Assembly (NCBI GenBank): GCA_951406725.2
Contig: OX597830.1
Span: 68,324,001 to 68,388,000 of the forward strand
DNA from: Octopus vulgaris
Taxonomy: Eukaryota
Length of the DNA: 64,000 nucleotides
Reading direction: 5' to 3'
Program-made: the position numbers and the translations under genes
The notes under the pieces: generated by a model
What the model was told of the DNA's origin: nothing
The model's input: the letters and a program-made list of their open reading frames with translations, nothing else
The model's database searches: none
Shown here: one piece after another, positions 1-13,082 of the stretch
How the letters are laid out: every line of letters starts with the position of its first letter
Position numbering within the stretch: position 1 is the stretch's first letter

Positions 1-745
1 GTAGATGCGCGTCGTCCATTCGGACTACATGTCCGACCCACCGGAGTTGGGCCTTCATGATGAGGGCTTCGATCCTGGGCATTTAGGCTCTGCGAAGCAC
101 CTCAGTGTTGGAGACTCTGTCCTCCCAGGAAATTCACATGATTCGTCGCAAGCAGCAGAGATGGAACTAGTCAAGTACTCGCATTTGCCTCCTATACAGC
201 ATCCATGTCCCACAGCCGTAGAGCAGAGAGGTGATGACGACTGCCGTATAGACTGCCAGCTTGATGGAAAGTCTAATGTTTCGTTCGGCCCACACACATG
301 TCCAAAGTCTGCCAAACGAAGCTCCTGCCTTTGCAAGCCTCATGGAGACATATTTGTCCATGCTGCAGCTTGAGGACAGACAGCTTCCCAGGTATGTAAA
401 GCTCTCCACGTTGTTCAGGGTTGTGCCTTCAATCTAATCTGAGACTCAGGAGGTGTCATGCCAGGTGCAGGCTGAAGCATCATTTCAGTGTTTCGCAGGC
501 TAATGGTCAGTCCGAAGGCTTTTGCTGCTTCTGCGAGACAAGTGTCAAGTTCTTGCAGCAGGTCTGGTTCATTCAATGCTGCAAGCGCACAATCGTCTGC
601 AAACAGGAAGTCTCTCACTACGGCGCCCAGGACTTTGGTTTTTGCCTTCAGACGTCTGAGGTCAAAGAATCGGCCGTCACATCTGTAGCGAATAGTGACA
701 CCAGCATCAGACTTTGATAGGGCGCGGAAGAGCATGGCTCTCGAG
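1..745 (-). mobile_element. RTE-clade LINE, reverse transcriptase C-terminal half (frameshifted), runs off window
   Basis: ORFs 415..735 (IRYRCDGRFFDLRRL, DFLFADDCAL, FGLTISLRNTE) and 167..409 (FTYLGS, KLAVYTAVVITSLLYGCGTW) are typical RTE/BovB-type RT and thumb motifs. Confidence 0.9.
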
Positions 746-2171
746 TGCTACAGGCACCATGTAGCCCAGTACCACACGTTCCATGGTCGGGTCGTCGGCG
801 ACTAAACTGCCAACTCCACCAGGCTTGCTTGGTAAGGTCGGTGCTTGTTGAACACCCTATGGGACAAAAAAGTAAGACCTGTAAGAGAGTGGAGGTACTA
901 CGACGTAGTCAACGGCCATTCAACTATATGTGTTTGTGGGGTGTTTGTGTGTTGAATTTTGGACTCCCTGTGTGTATGTATTGTATATACTGAGTTCTTT
1001 TTTGTTTAAATTGTATATATCGTTTAGGCAGTGGGCAGATCCTTCTGGTCCTGTACGGGTAGTGTGACGTTCCCGCTCTCCAAGAGTCTCCTGCTGCCTT
1101 GCGGGTAGGTTTTTTTGGTTAATCAAAGGCTAGGGAGTAAACCGTATCCAAAGCCAGAGTGGAGCCCATAAGGCAGTTAGGTAATGAAGTCCATCATCTC
1201 CAGCAGCGCCTGCAGTCCAGTCGTGGCTAGGATGTATCATCCTGCGTCCCGCCTGGCTAGATCAGCTGGACCGAGAGGGGGGTGGGGTGGGCTTGCGCAA
1301 CCCAAGGCCTCCACAGTTCCCTTGCCCAGGATTCAGTGACTCCACCCCTCTACTTCTTCTTCTTTCAAGTCCTGAGGGGATGGGCGCGTGGTGGTGGTGG
1401 CAGGTGCAGGATAGCGCTGGGAGCTGCTAGCCATGTACCTACACTCGGGTTGTCGTTCTGCAACCTACTGGGGCAAGGGCATAGTTCGGCAGCCACTCTG
1501 ACGACGGAGGAGCCCTCTTCAGGGATATCACTGCTCGCCCCCTTAGGGGGAAGAGTCTAGAAAAGGTGACCTAAAGAAAGCTTGCCTCATCTCATCCTGC
1601 CAGCATACCGCCGCTAACTGGTCATATACCACTCGGTCGAAACATGAAAGAAATACGAAAGATGAATCCAGAATCTTCCCGCCCGAAAAGTACTTTATGT
1701 GTTGGAGCCTGGAGCATCAGGACACACATGGACAACCAAAACTGTGACAGACCAGAACGTCGAACAGCACTTGTGGGTTGTGAACTGCAGAGATACAGCA
1801 TTGATATTGCTGACCTCAGCGAAACACGCCTCGCCGTCACGGGGGAGATCACCGAGGCTGGGGCTAGATACACTTTCTTTTGGTTAAGGAAGGCAGCGGA
1901 TGAACGCAGGGAAGTAGGAGTTGGCTTTTCCATTCGCACCGCCCTCGTCAAGAACATGGAATCCCTCTCAAGAGGAATCAGCGATCGCCTGATGGTGATG
2001 AGAACTCCTCTCCAAGGCAAGATGCACCTGACACTCATCAGTGCTTAAGCCCCAACTGCGACCTACACTCTGGAGCAGAGAGAATTGTTCTATCAGAACC
2101 TCACCAAAGTGCTACGGTCAGTTCCTAAAAAATAGCAAGCTGCTGATACTCGGGGACTTCAATGCCCGTGT
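746..2171 (+). mobile_element. RTE-clade LINE 5' UTR plus APE endonuclease N-terminus (truncated)
   Basis: ORF 1644..2048 (VGAWSIRT, IDIADLSETR, GVGFSI, ISDRLMVMR) continues through a stop/frameshift to LILGDFNARV, where it is cut off. The GC-richer upstream region is interpreted as 5' UTR. Confidence 0.85.
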
Positions 2172-3552
2172 AATGTCAACATCTTCAGCTGAGAATATAT
2201 CTTTAAGTGCAAGACGGATTTTACCAATTACTTTCAGGTTTTGGTTAGAGTTGTGAATTTGCGGGAGAGTGTCACGCTCATTCATACCAGTTTCTTTAAT
2301 TTTCAGCCATTCTATCAGGATTAGATTGCTTAGATCCTCCAGTTCAGTTGGGTCAATTTCTGTTTTACTTTCTTCATCTATTTGATTTTCATCTGCCTTG
2401 GTGTTTATGCTTGGTTCAGAGAGTATTTCACTTTGCTTATAAGTTACATTGACTCTTATTATCATTACCGCATTTTCATCAGACCTGGGTCAGTCTGTAA
2501 TTATTTCCACAGTAGTATCTTCTTTACCTGCATCTTCGTTTCTTCTGACGTTGGCAAGGTTGTTACTATATAAGATCTTACTTCAAGATGCTCCTCTCTT
2601 CAGTTTAGATAGGTTTGTTCAGTATTAGATTTATCTCCCAATGACCATTTTTCATTCTTTTTCTTTTGGTTATTTGATGACGAGCTTGGATGGTCATTTG
2701 ATGGAATATTCCGGTTGTGGGGCATTTCGAGCTCCTGCGTCATGGAAAGATTTGAACAAGTATCTGATTTTTCACACCCAGTCTGGTCCCTCACTGGCGT
2801 GCGCGGCCCATGTTGACTCTGGTGACGAACGATCCGGTGTGTATATTGCTTTGTTATCTTTGAGGCATGATGCGTTTGGACGTTAATATTAAGGTAGGAT
2901 CTGTTTGTTTTGCGTTAACATTTTGAGACAACATGTTCTCTGAATGAAAGCATTGCTCGTAACGTCGCTTTTAAAGGCAAACAGATCTGTATTCGTCTGT
3001 ATGTTTTCGTTGTTGTTGACAGATTTATCTCCGGGCATAGTTTCATTGCAGTTATTTAAAACTTATGAATTATTCACTGTGTTAGTTCGAAGAAAATTGT
3101 ATTGTTATAGTTTTGTTTCGTTTGCGACACGTGCTGTCATATACTTGTATGTGTGTCCTGTAAATGTCACGTAGTTGTGTAAACATTGGGTGTATGTGTA
3201 GTCCTATGGGTATTAATATACGAATGTATAGACATTCGAGTGTATGCATAATTAAATCAATTTATGAATTTACTGTTTTCTTCCACTTATATTTTATAAT
3301 TTGTAAAGTTTTCGACGTTGATTTCGCACGTGTCTTTCGCACATGTTTCACTGAGACATCGTACATGGGAGAAACTGTTTTCGTATGGCAGTGAAATTTC
3401 GGTTTTTGGGATTATTTTCGTTATAATGCCGTTTCCTGCAAGTCTTCCGCGGGTTACTTTTTCCTATTACACTGGTGTTATTAGATTAGATTTCTATTTG
3501 TATGGAGAGTCCGGTGTAACACGCCCATATTGTTATTCAGCGCGGAGCTGAC
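2172..3552 (-). mobile_element. Probable 5' portion (UTR and N-terminus) of an R4/Dong-like non-LTR retrotransposon
   Basis: ORF 2118..2465 (ELEDLSNLILIEWLKIKETGMNERDTLPQI) resembles the pre-RT region of R4-clade elements. The putative 5' end abuts a (GAA)n tract. No catalytic motif is present. Confidence 0.5.
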
Positions 3553-3693
3553 ATCTTCTTCTTCTTCTTCTTCTTCTTCTTCTTCTTCTTCTTCTTCTTC
3601 TTCTTCTTCTTCTTCTTCTTCTTCTTCTTCTTCTTCTTCTTCTTCTTCTTCTTCTTCTTCTTCTTCTTCTTCTTCTTCTTCTCCTTCTTCTTC
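3553..3693. repeat. (CTT)n/(GAA)n microsatellite
   Basis: Near-perfect trinucleotide run of ~140 bp. Confidence 0.98.
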
Positions 3694-3742
3694 CTAGTCA
3701 AGAGGAAGAGCGTGATGCGACTGCAGTCGATATTTTATTGGT

Positions 3743-3783
3743 TGAACGATATTTCGACAGATAGCTTGTCTTTGTCGAGTTCA
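3743..3783 (-). ncRNA. Minimal type I hammerhead ribozyme-like motif (variant core) in a short PLE-like 3' remnant (~3695-3815)
   Basis: Minus strand reads TGAAC-TCGACAA-A-GACA-agctatc-TGTC-GAA-ATAT-C-GTTCA: 5-bp stem I, 4-bp stem II, palindromic ATAT stem III, core with U3/A8 and C4. Confidence 0.55.
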
Positions 3784-3818
3784 GAATGAAAAGTGATAAA
3801 ATTTCAAAATTATAGAAA

Positions 3819-6800
3819 CTAGCTGAACCACCGCCCTCCAGTCGGTCGATTCAGTTACTTACATATCTACACTCCTGTTTGTAGTTTGAAAGTAAAATGT
3901 GAAACCTACTATAATTTTCTTATAGAATTTCCTAAAAGACAACTTTGTCATACCCTTATACTTTGAGTCCAAAGCCAATATATGCACATTGTTCCCAGAA
4001 CCGATCGTGCTGTTGGCAACATAGGACTGGCCATGGATGAACATAGGTGTTGGCGGGTAAATTCCAACTGTTTCTTGAGTCTGACCTTGGGATTTGTCCT
4101 TTCAAAAGCCAGTTTCAGAGGAAACTGCTTCCTGGAAAATGAGAACGGATAGTCTTCAGTGGTGGTCAGTGGAATTCGTGGTATCATTATTCGGATTCCA
4201 GCATGTGTCCCATCGGCCACATCTGCTTCAATAAGGTGGTTGTGCAAATTCACGACCATATATCTTGTTCCGTTACAGTGACCTCCTGCTGGATCAAGGT
4301 TTCTGAGCAGCATAATTGAAGAGTGCTTCTTCAAAACCAAAATGTATGGTGGAAATCCTGATGAGTTGAGATCATTGATCAGTTCCGGCGGGAACTCAGT
4401 CTCGTTTTCGTATAAAGTATCACAGCTTTGATAAGTTCTATTATATCCTTGTAGAAGTTTTGACATGACAACTTTATTACTTTTTCAGCAGCCTTGTTTG
4501 TAGGAATAATGATGGCTCTGCTGCTTATCCATAGACCCTCTCTATATTTATCCTCAATAGCCCTGAAGACCACTTCACAAAGATCCTGTAGCCTTGTAGA
4601 GTCAATCAAATGCAGTGGGACTATAGATACTTTGTATTCACCAATTTCTTTATTGAGAGAAAATGTTCTATTCCCCAGCTGGTCAAGATAGGGTGCGAAA
4701 GTAGTGTCAACACCGCAAGAATTTCGGACTCTCATATTGACAGACAACTGAAAGCTTTGGACATGGAAATGTATGACTGTTTTAATGTGGCATGAACAAT
4801 CTGGACTCTGTAACCTCTTTGCACCAAGCGCAAGATCTGCTTCCATTCTCCAGAAAACAAAATAGTCAGACCGCCAAACAGCTTATCTGGTTGTTGTCAA
4901 ACTTCTCTAGGACTGCGATCAACACAATCATAGACGTGCCTCTGGCCCATTGTAACCTCATCAATTACCTCTGGAATCACTTATTTTCATATGGCACATA
5001 CATTCTTCTGTAATTCGCAATGGAATACTGCATCTGGAGTGCAAAGTTCGCCCATTTTCCAGCAGGGTGGTAGCAAATCCAGAGACTGCAGTGGCAACAG
5101 CAATATGACCTTATGACCGAACTTCAACGAGAATCAGATTGATTGTGTAAGACTTCCCAGAGCCACCACCCGCGTTCATGCAAAATATTTCCCCCTCCTT
5201 GTTTATAACTGATCCAACAACTTGGTCAAAAAAACATACTTCTGTTCAGCATTTAGTGTTGGATACCTCTCGAAAACACGGTCACAGAGAGCAGCTTTAG
5301 CAATATTGAGCAGAACTGGTTCACTTATAAAATCTGGCTCTAGAAGACCAAGATTTGACATTGTTATTTCTTCTCTGGCCAATCTTACTTTGATGGAAAG
5401 CAGGACATTATTGTAAAATAATTCTGTTGGTTTCCCACGTGCTTTTGCCTTTTTTGTCATCGCACAATGCATCCTTGTATCTCTCCCATAAACCTTTGGC
5501 GTCACGTGGCCGACAGGTAAGGAGAACAGTACAAAATACGTGTGTCAGCTGGTCACTGAAATAGTAATGTTTGGCTTCATCTAATGTTCCAATGATTTCG
5601 TCATCGTCATGTAAAAGTCCCAGCTTTGTGCACGCATCTTGCTAGTTGAAACATACATCACCATTATCAGTCCGTAAGTCAGCGTATGATTGGGGATCTT
5701 TGACTTGATGCAGCAGCATCCTCATGTAATACGATTCCTTCTGCCGAACATTGGTAAGCGACAATGGCAATGAGACCAATAGTACTGGTTTCATACTTTC
5801 CATCTTCCATGATTGATCCCATTTTCCTCTTTTGCCACTTCTCTTTTTCATTCCAAAGGTAATACTTTGTAATTTCAGCATATGGCTTGTCTCTGGTGTC
5901 TGAGTCATTCTTATTTAATGTGAAAAAAACTCAGTCGAAATTGCTTTTGCTGCAAGCTCAAAGTTTTCAGGCAGCTCATCATCAAAAGTAAGAGATTGCT
6001 GATTTTTCAAATGGCATGAAAGATATATGACAGTGGGTTGTCTGGAATGAATTAAAGATTTGAATGTCTTCCAAATTGTCTCACCAGACGAGATGTATCT
6101 TGCATTTTGGTAAGTGACAATTTCATTGTCAACCACGTTAAGGCTTGAATTGAGGCTTTCCTATTGTTTCATCAGTACTATTTGATTGAATTTGAACACT
6201 GACCCTATCGGGTCCTTTCGTGAGGTAACTCGAAAAGATATTTCACCGCCAGTACGGTGTGCACAACCTCAACATTTAAATGACAGTTGTATCGGAGAGA
6301 TAGGAATGTCTTTTTATGACACTATGAAGCTATTATTTACTTCAGTAGATGTCTGGCTAGTTCTAATAATATGTTTCCTACTTCCAGAGGTTGGTGACTG
6401 ACGTCTGTAACGTGGATAGTCTTCATCACTCATAAATGTGGTACTTCTGCATTGTTTGGGAAATGATTTTGTTCCTTTTGGTGGATCACCATCCATACAT
6501 GGACGATTTGGATTATGGCATCCACATGATCCGTGAATGTTGATTTCTACAACAGTTTCCAATAGTCCTGGGTTCATATGCTTATCTGTTATCTCCCCAC
6601 ATACAAGCACTCGATATATGATTTCTGGCGTTCTTGGCTTATCTGTAGCAGCCATAAAGAGCAATATATGGACATGGGGAAGACTTGTCTTCTGCCATTC
6701 AATTGTAGAGGCATGTGCTACTACTTTTCCCAAGACATTCTTCTTTAACAAATCATACTTCAGAGAGTCGTACTTCATTTCAAACACCCTGTCTGTAATG

Positions 6801-8460
6801 TCAGTTCGATCCTGTGATCGTTCATCTTCAAACAGGGCTTCCTTTATCTTAGTCCACTTTGGGTTGGTTGCCATAGTGATGGAGTAGTCTGGCTTTCCAA
6901 ACTCTCTCACCAGAGTCATTCCAGCTTCGAAACACTCCCTGTAAATTCGAGGAGAACCAGTGTGTGATGGCGGAAGAATGATCTTTAGACCCTACGTCAT
7001 TCATGTCAGCATTTGCAAGAGCATCCAGAAGGCCCTGGCCCTTTTCAGCCTTAGGCCCTTTCTGATACGGTTTCAGGAAGTGTAATCGATCTTGCTCTAT
7101 ATTTGCATATTGATTTACTGCATATTGTTGCATCAACCATCTACTTTTCATTATGTCATTGAACTTGCCCTTTCTTACCTGAAGCCGATAAGAATAAAAA
7201 TCCCATTCAGTGATGTTTTTGCTTTGGTCATTGTCTTTCAAGAGCATGTTCCAGCCATCTTCCCCATAGGGAAACTGAATACATAATGAAGAGGGTCATA
7301 GCTTCTGGGGGTTTGACTTATGTAGTCTAACTTCCCATTGCTCTCTCTCTGTTCTGCACAACAACATCCGCAGGTTTAATGTTTGGATTATTGGTATCAC
7401 CTCCCACTATGACCACCTCAACTTCTGATGCAATCGTTGCATTATAGGTTCTCTCATGTGACCCAGTTGGGATAAACCGTTTGTTATGACATATAATAAT
7501 ATCACCGGTAGAACATTTTCCTGGTGCAAAGTATTCCTGAATTATATCAATAGTTTGTTTAAAACTATTGACATGTGGATTGTGCATATGCAGTGCTGTC
7601 TGCAAGTCTAGCAGGATGTTCTCATTAATGTCATCGTCAGCTCCTCTGAATGACAACCTGTTTCTCATCTTATTTTCTGTGCCAACGAAATATAGCTGTG
7701 CGTAGACCTGGCTTCTTATTTACCGCTGGCAGGAGACTTCCGATGCGGTGGTACAACTTGAAAGTAGGCATAAAAGTGCTACCACTCTGTGCTCCAACTG
7801 GTGGATTATCCAGTCCAAGTGAAGCCATATCCAGGAAATTATTGTAGTCATAAATCTTATTCAAAATCATCTGACCGCATAGATTAACATCATGGTACTT
7901 AGCGATTAATTATGGGGTTTTGTTTTTATCTGTGAAACTCCGTCATTGCTTATTTTTTCTTTGTCACAGCAGAGGGTAATTTTATTAGCACCCCAAAGGT
8001 AAGCTTTGCAGTTAGGGCATGTTTTGTTAAAAACGTTTCCACATTAGTGCAACATAAGGCTTGGGTTTCGTTCTTTCTCATGAAAATCTGCCACATCATC
8101 TTCCATAGCCATTCTCTCATTGTCAGTTCTTTGCGGACAAAGTCTCGATTGCTATCGTATTTGGTTGTTTGCTTGTCGCTGCTGAATTTGTGGCGGCGTC
8201 GTGCTTTTTTCTTGAGTCCTGTTTTCTCAGCCGATCAGTATTCCTCTGTGCTTCTGTTTCTTGTAGTGTTTCCATTGCACGGCTTTTCTTTGTTCTCAAC
8301 TGGTACACATTTTTCCGTGCCTCTGTTTCTTCTGGCAGTGCCATTGGACGGGTTTCTTGCATTCTCCTTCGCTTTATTCCGAGACACTGCGACAACCCTA
8401 CCGTAGACATATCAATTGAATTTACCTTTTTTGAAATTTCCAAAAGACCACACTTATGAT
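3819..8460 (-). mobile_element. Degenerate autonomous Helitron (Rep/Pif1-like helicase pseudogene) with intact 3' end
   Basis: Fragmented ORFs give Rep motifs (GKPDYSITMATNPKW; EWQKTSLPHVHILL, the HUH motif; YQNARYISSGE), Walker A (NAGGGSGKSY, ~5150-5180) and helicase C-terminal motifs (IMLLRNLDPAGGHCNGTR, RKQFPLKLAF, HGQSYVA). The 3' end is an imperfect hairpin then TTCAGCTAG|T at 3819. The 5' end was not located. Confidence 0.93.
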
Positions 8461-8779
8461 ATTTTTATCAATGAATTACAGTGTGACGCTTTTTATCAAA
8501 AATATGAGCAAAATAGAAATTTTAACTGAATACTATTTAAAAACTTTTAGTAGTTCTTAAATACTTGTAATTGAAAAAAATCATTTTTAATAGGGCTCTT
8601 AAAAATTGTTTTAGTTTTTGCTAACAGTTATTATTTGATCTAATTTTTTAATTATAGAGTAGCTAATAAAAGCTATTTCAGTCTTTTAAAATCTAAATAT
8701 TTTAAAATTTTAACTTTAGCTGCAATATTTTAAATACAAATATGCTTGTCCCACGCTTTTACCAGATATAAGAAAAAAC

Positions 8780-8850
8780 TTGTTCTGTACTTTTTCAGGT
8801 TTAATGACTTAAGAATATTAACTTTCTTGTGTCCGCATTTTTCATTGTAA
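8780..8850. repeat. Terminal-inverted-repeat-like sequence of an AT-rich MITE/foldback family
   Basis: Reverse complement (ttacaatgaaaaatgcg...aatattcttaag...aaacctgaaaaagtacagaacaa) matches 9755-9825. Confidence 0.55.
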
Positions 8851-9754
8851 TTTCTTTATACCTGCTTTTACCTTTTGAATAATTCAAATCTTGTTTTAAT
8901 TTGTACATCTAATGGATTATTCCGATTTGGTCCCAAAGTTACCAACAGAGTTATACAGATAGGGCAGGTGTTAAAAATCAACATTATATCGATTCAGTTA
9001 TTGCTTTTGTTGCTTTTCAAGGACACGTTTTATTATTTCAAACCATATTCTGTATTCACAGTTTTGATTTATTAGTGTAGCCTGTATGAACATGTTTGTA
9101 TTCATTTGTTATCTGCTAAACCTTATTCATTGGTTTTCGTCACTGAACCATCTGACAACTTGTCTGTGACTACAGTGTTTGAAACATTTTTACTTTCTGA
9201 CACCTGTCCATACAAATGCGTGTCTTTCAGTCAACGCTAGAAATCATTAGACGTCAAACGAATATAAAAATAAATCGATTGGCTAATGTCTTGTTAACAT
9301 GCAAATTGGCAGGGATTTTCCTTCTCTTGTAACGATCGTGTTTCAGTTTAATGATTTCGAGGGGAAAATGTTCGATTTAAGTCCAGAATTTGAAGAATCA
9401 ATAAAATGTTAGACAAAATCACATCCGGTATTTAGTCACGAAGCTTACCATCCTAAGTTCATATCGCACTCAAATTAGATTCGCCTTTCATTCTTCCTCA
9501 AAGTCAGTTTAGTATTCCTTTAAAGAACCCTAAATATGAATGGAATTATTATGCATACATACATACATACATGGATACATACATACGAATACATACACAT
9601 ATAAATACATATATACTCGCATGCATACATATAGACGGACATACATACACATACACACCTAAATACATGTATGCGCATACATACATACATATATATATAT
9701 ATTTATATATATATATATATATACATACACATACAAACATAAATGTATGCATAT

Positions 9755-10511
9755 TTACATTGAAAAATGCGAGCAAGAGAAATAATATTCTTAAGATTAT
9801 AAACCTGGAAAATTACAGGACAAGTTACAGGACTTGAAAATATTTGGATTTAAAAAATATTAGCTTTTATTAAAACTAAAATTTTTATTACAAGTTATTA
9901 CTTCTACTTGAGTGTGCGTGTTACTTATATTGAAAATTTAAAATAGCTCAAAATATTTCTTGCACTTTAAAACATGTTCATTTTGTTAATTATCAATTAA
10001 TAATTAGAAAGTTGAAAATAGGTTATAAAACATATATTAGTAGAACATAATTAGTACAAGAAATAGAACAATACAAAATTAGCTATCTATTGCAGTAAAA
10101 GCTACCTATAACAACAAATTCACAGTTAAAATTTGCTTGAATTATTGCCTGAGTTATTGTCAAGTCTTCCCAGTTTTAGTTTTAACCCAATGCCTATTTT
10201 TTACACAATAAATTTGCCTACCATGTATACTATTCTACTTTGTATAAAGCTTTAGTTATATTGGGACTTCTGTTTCTCAGTATTCAAGTGTATCAATATT
10301 TTAACAAAATGATAGTACCTTTGTTTTTTAGTTATAATATTACTTTGTAAATCAAAATCAAATAATTTTTAGTATTCGCATTTTATCCTTAGCTGCAATA
10401 TTCTAAGTAAATTTTTTTATGCACTTTACCATATATGATAAGTTGTCTTGAACTTTTCCAAGTGTAATAAATTGTCCTGTAATTTTTCAAGTTTTTAATC
10501 TTAAGAATATT
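9755..10511. mobile_element. AT-rich MITE/foldback-like element with imperfect terminal inverted repeats
   Basis: 9784-9825 (aatattcttaagattataaacctggaaaattacaggacaa) is the near reverse complement of ~10470-10511; the interior is non-coding. Confidence 0.55.
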
Positions 10512-10614
10512 GAAAAATAGAGATAAGGAAATAATTTTATTCTCAAATGTAGGATAATACTAATAATATAGCATTAGCAGGATAACCTATCCATATTTTG
10601 TACAAAAATCTGTT

Positions 10615-10697
10615 GGCGACCAGCCATGAGACTCGAACTCACCACATCCCTGTGATAATGCAGCAAGTGCTTTACCATTAAATCTAACTGCCTGGCG
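10615..10697 (-). other. Degenerate tRNA-derived (Pol III A/B box) sequence
   Basis: Minus strand has an A-box-like TAGATTTAATGG and B-box GAGTTCGAGTC; it does not fold into a clean cloverleaf. Confidence 0.45.
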
Positions 10698-11563
10698 ACA
10701 AATCCTTCTGCAATTTTTGGATACATAAATCTAGCTTTATAAGATGCTATCATACGATAAATTCAACTTACGTTGAAAGTCAACAAACAAGATTTGTTTT
10801 TGAAGCGTTGAAATGTATTAAAAGATATAGATAAACAAATAATTTCATTCTCAAACGCAGGATAATGCTAATAATATAGCTTGAACAGGATAATCTATCC
10901 ATATTTTGTAGCATCTTCACTTTCCATCATTCTGGGGTCGACAAAATAAGTATCAACCACGTACTGGAGTTGGCTCGACTGAATTTTTCGACGTCCATGC
11001 CTCCCCGCCACCTTTCATTATCGGCGTTGGATCTCATAGATTAAGAATTTAGTGTTGTGGTTCATATATATTTATCATTGAACCTTTAGTGCTATGATGT
11101 TGTAATTATGTCGTGTTGTTACATATTGTGGTTTAATGCCATCTGTTCTTATACCCTTGACGTTATATATCCAATCAACCACTAACTCACTCTTCTCTCT
11201 CTCTCTGTCTTACATAAAAAATCTATTCTCCATCTCTTCCTCTCTCTCTCTTTTCATCTAGATTATCCGATATATATTTGTTGTGCACAATACGTGTATC
11301 AGTCTTGAGTTTTTGATCACCGATGCATAAAATAAATCTCTCTCCCGACATACTTGTTACGACTAGTGCTATCATTATTGCTGCTGTTGTTGTTGTTGTT
11401 TGCCGTTGTTGACGAAGTTTTGTTATTGTTGGTGTTGTCGATGTTATAAATGCATGCTCAAACATGAATAACGCTGTCATGTGTTCTCCACCTGATCTCA
11501 ATTACAGGATTCAGTATAATTCAGCTGCCTCGTTGGCCTCGTTGGAACCATCTCACACAGTTC

Positions 11564-11604
<41 letters not shown>

Positions 11605-11699
11605 ACACTATCTCTCACTATCTCCCTCTCTCTCCCGCCGCCAACCAATTTACTCTGCTCTAATTGGTAGAATGACTGATGTCCTCTACTGTCTCTCCC

Positions 11700-13039
11700 C
11701 ACACACTTTCTTACCTCAAGAATTTGTCATTTCCATCAAGGTGTCCCAGGGCACGACAACCTGGATCTGGTCGTCATCTTGCAACTGTGAGTAAATTCAG
11801 GTTAAGAATATAGGATGTTGGAATGTTCGAACGTTAGACAATGATTGTCTGAAATCTCGTCCGGAGAAGAGATCCGCGCTTGTTGAAAAAGAGTTACAGC
11901 GACATGAATGTCGTAGAGTTAGCCGAAACAAAAATTCATGGAAAGTGGGATTTGGTAGAGAAATCTGCTGTGTATCATTTATTTCGGAGTAGTAGAGAGG
12001 AGACCTATAAGACAGAATCAAGAGTGGGATTTACTATCAAAATCACTTTGGTTTCAAACCTTGAGGAACTACCATGTGATAATTCTGATCGTTTGATATC
12101 TTCAACACCTCCATTAAGAAAAGGTCGCTATGCAACACTCATTACTGCATATGCTTAAACTATATCTTATATAGATCTTTTCAGTGCAATCTTCAAAAGC
12201 TATTTGAAAGACTATTGCAAAATACATAGCAAACAATGCAGGAGCAGAAATATCACCTTGTTTTACACCATTTTATAGAGAAATTGGATCTGATAAGGTA
12301 CCTCCAACATCAGCTCTCACTTCTGTCTTGTCATGAAATTGTCTAAGCATTCTTACAAATTTTTCAGGGCATCCTAGCTTTTTCAGGATCTCCCAAAGTG
12401 CAATTCCATTGATAGAATCAAACGCTTTTGTTAGATCATTGAAAATCTGGTATAAGTCCATATCCTGTTCGATGTACTTCTCTTGCTAAAAATATCATAT
12501 CCATAGTACTCCTTCTATCCCTAAACTCAGATTGCGATTCTGGTAGAACCTCATCAGCAATGTGCAGAAACAATCTGTCCAGCATTACTCTACAAAGGGC
12601 CTTTCCAGCAACAACTAACAGATACCGCGATAATTATCACAGACATCGTTTCCATAGTTGCTTCACGCCAATCCGGAGGAACCTCTTCACTATGCCAAAC
12701 CCTCTGAATCACATCCGTCAACATTGTACAGTGATGATCACCACCATATTTATATATCTCTGTACCTAGTCCATCCATGCCATGAGCATTTCTATTGTTC
12801 AATTTCCTGATAGCTGCTTTTATTTCAACCAGGTTTGGAACTTCTGCTATAAGATGTTTTATTGGTCTCCCAGATATATTATCAAGAAAAGAGAGGTCAA
12901 CTTTAGTAGGTCTATTGAGCAAATCGTCAAAATGTTCTTTCCATCTCCCAACAATATCTTTAGGATTTGTTAATAATTCTGTACCATCCTCGCTCCGAAG
13001 CGGCGCAACCTTTGATGACACTGGTCCAGAAACTTTTTT

Positions 13040-13082
<43 letters not shown>

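Noticed and set aside
2755-2835. GC-rich patch in the R4-like 5' region as a candidate ribozyme
   Set aside because: I could not fit an HDV or hammerhead topology.
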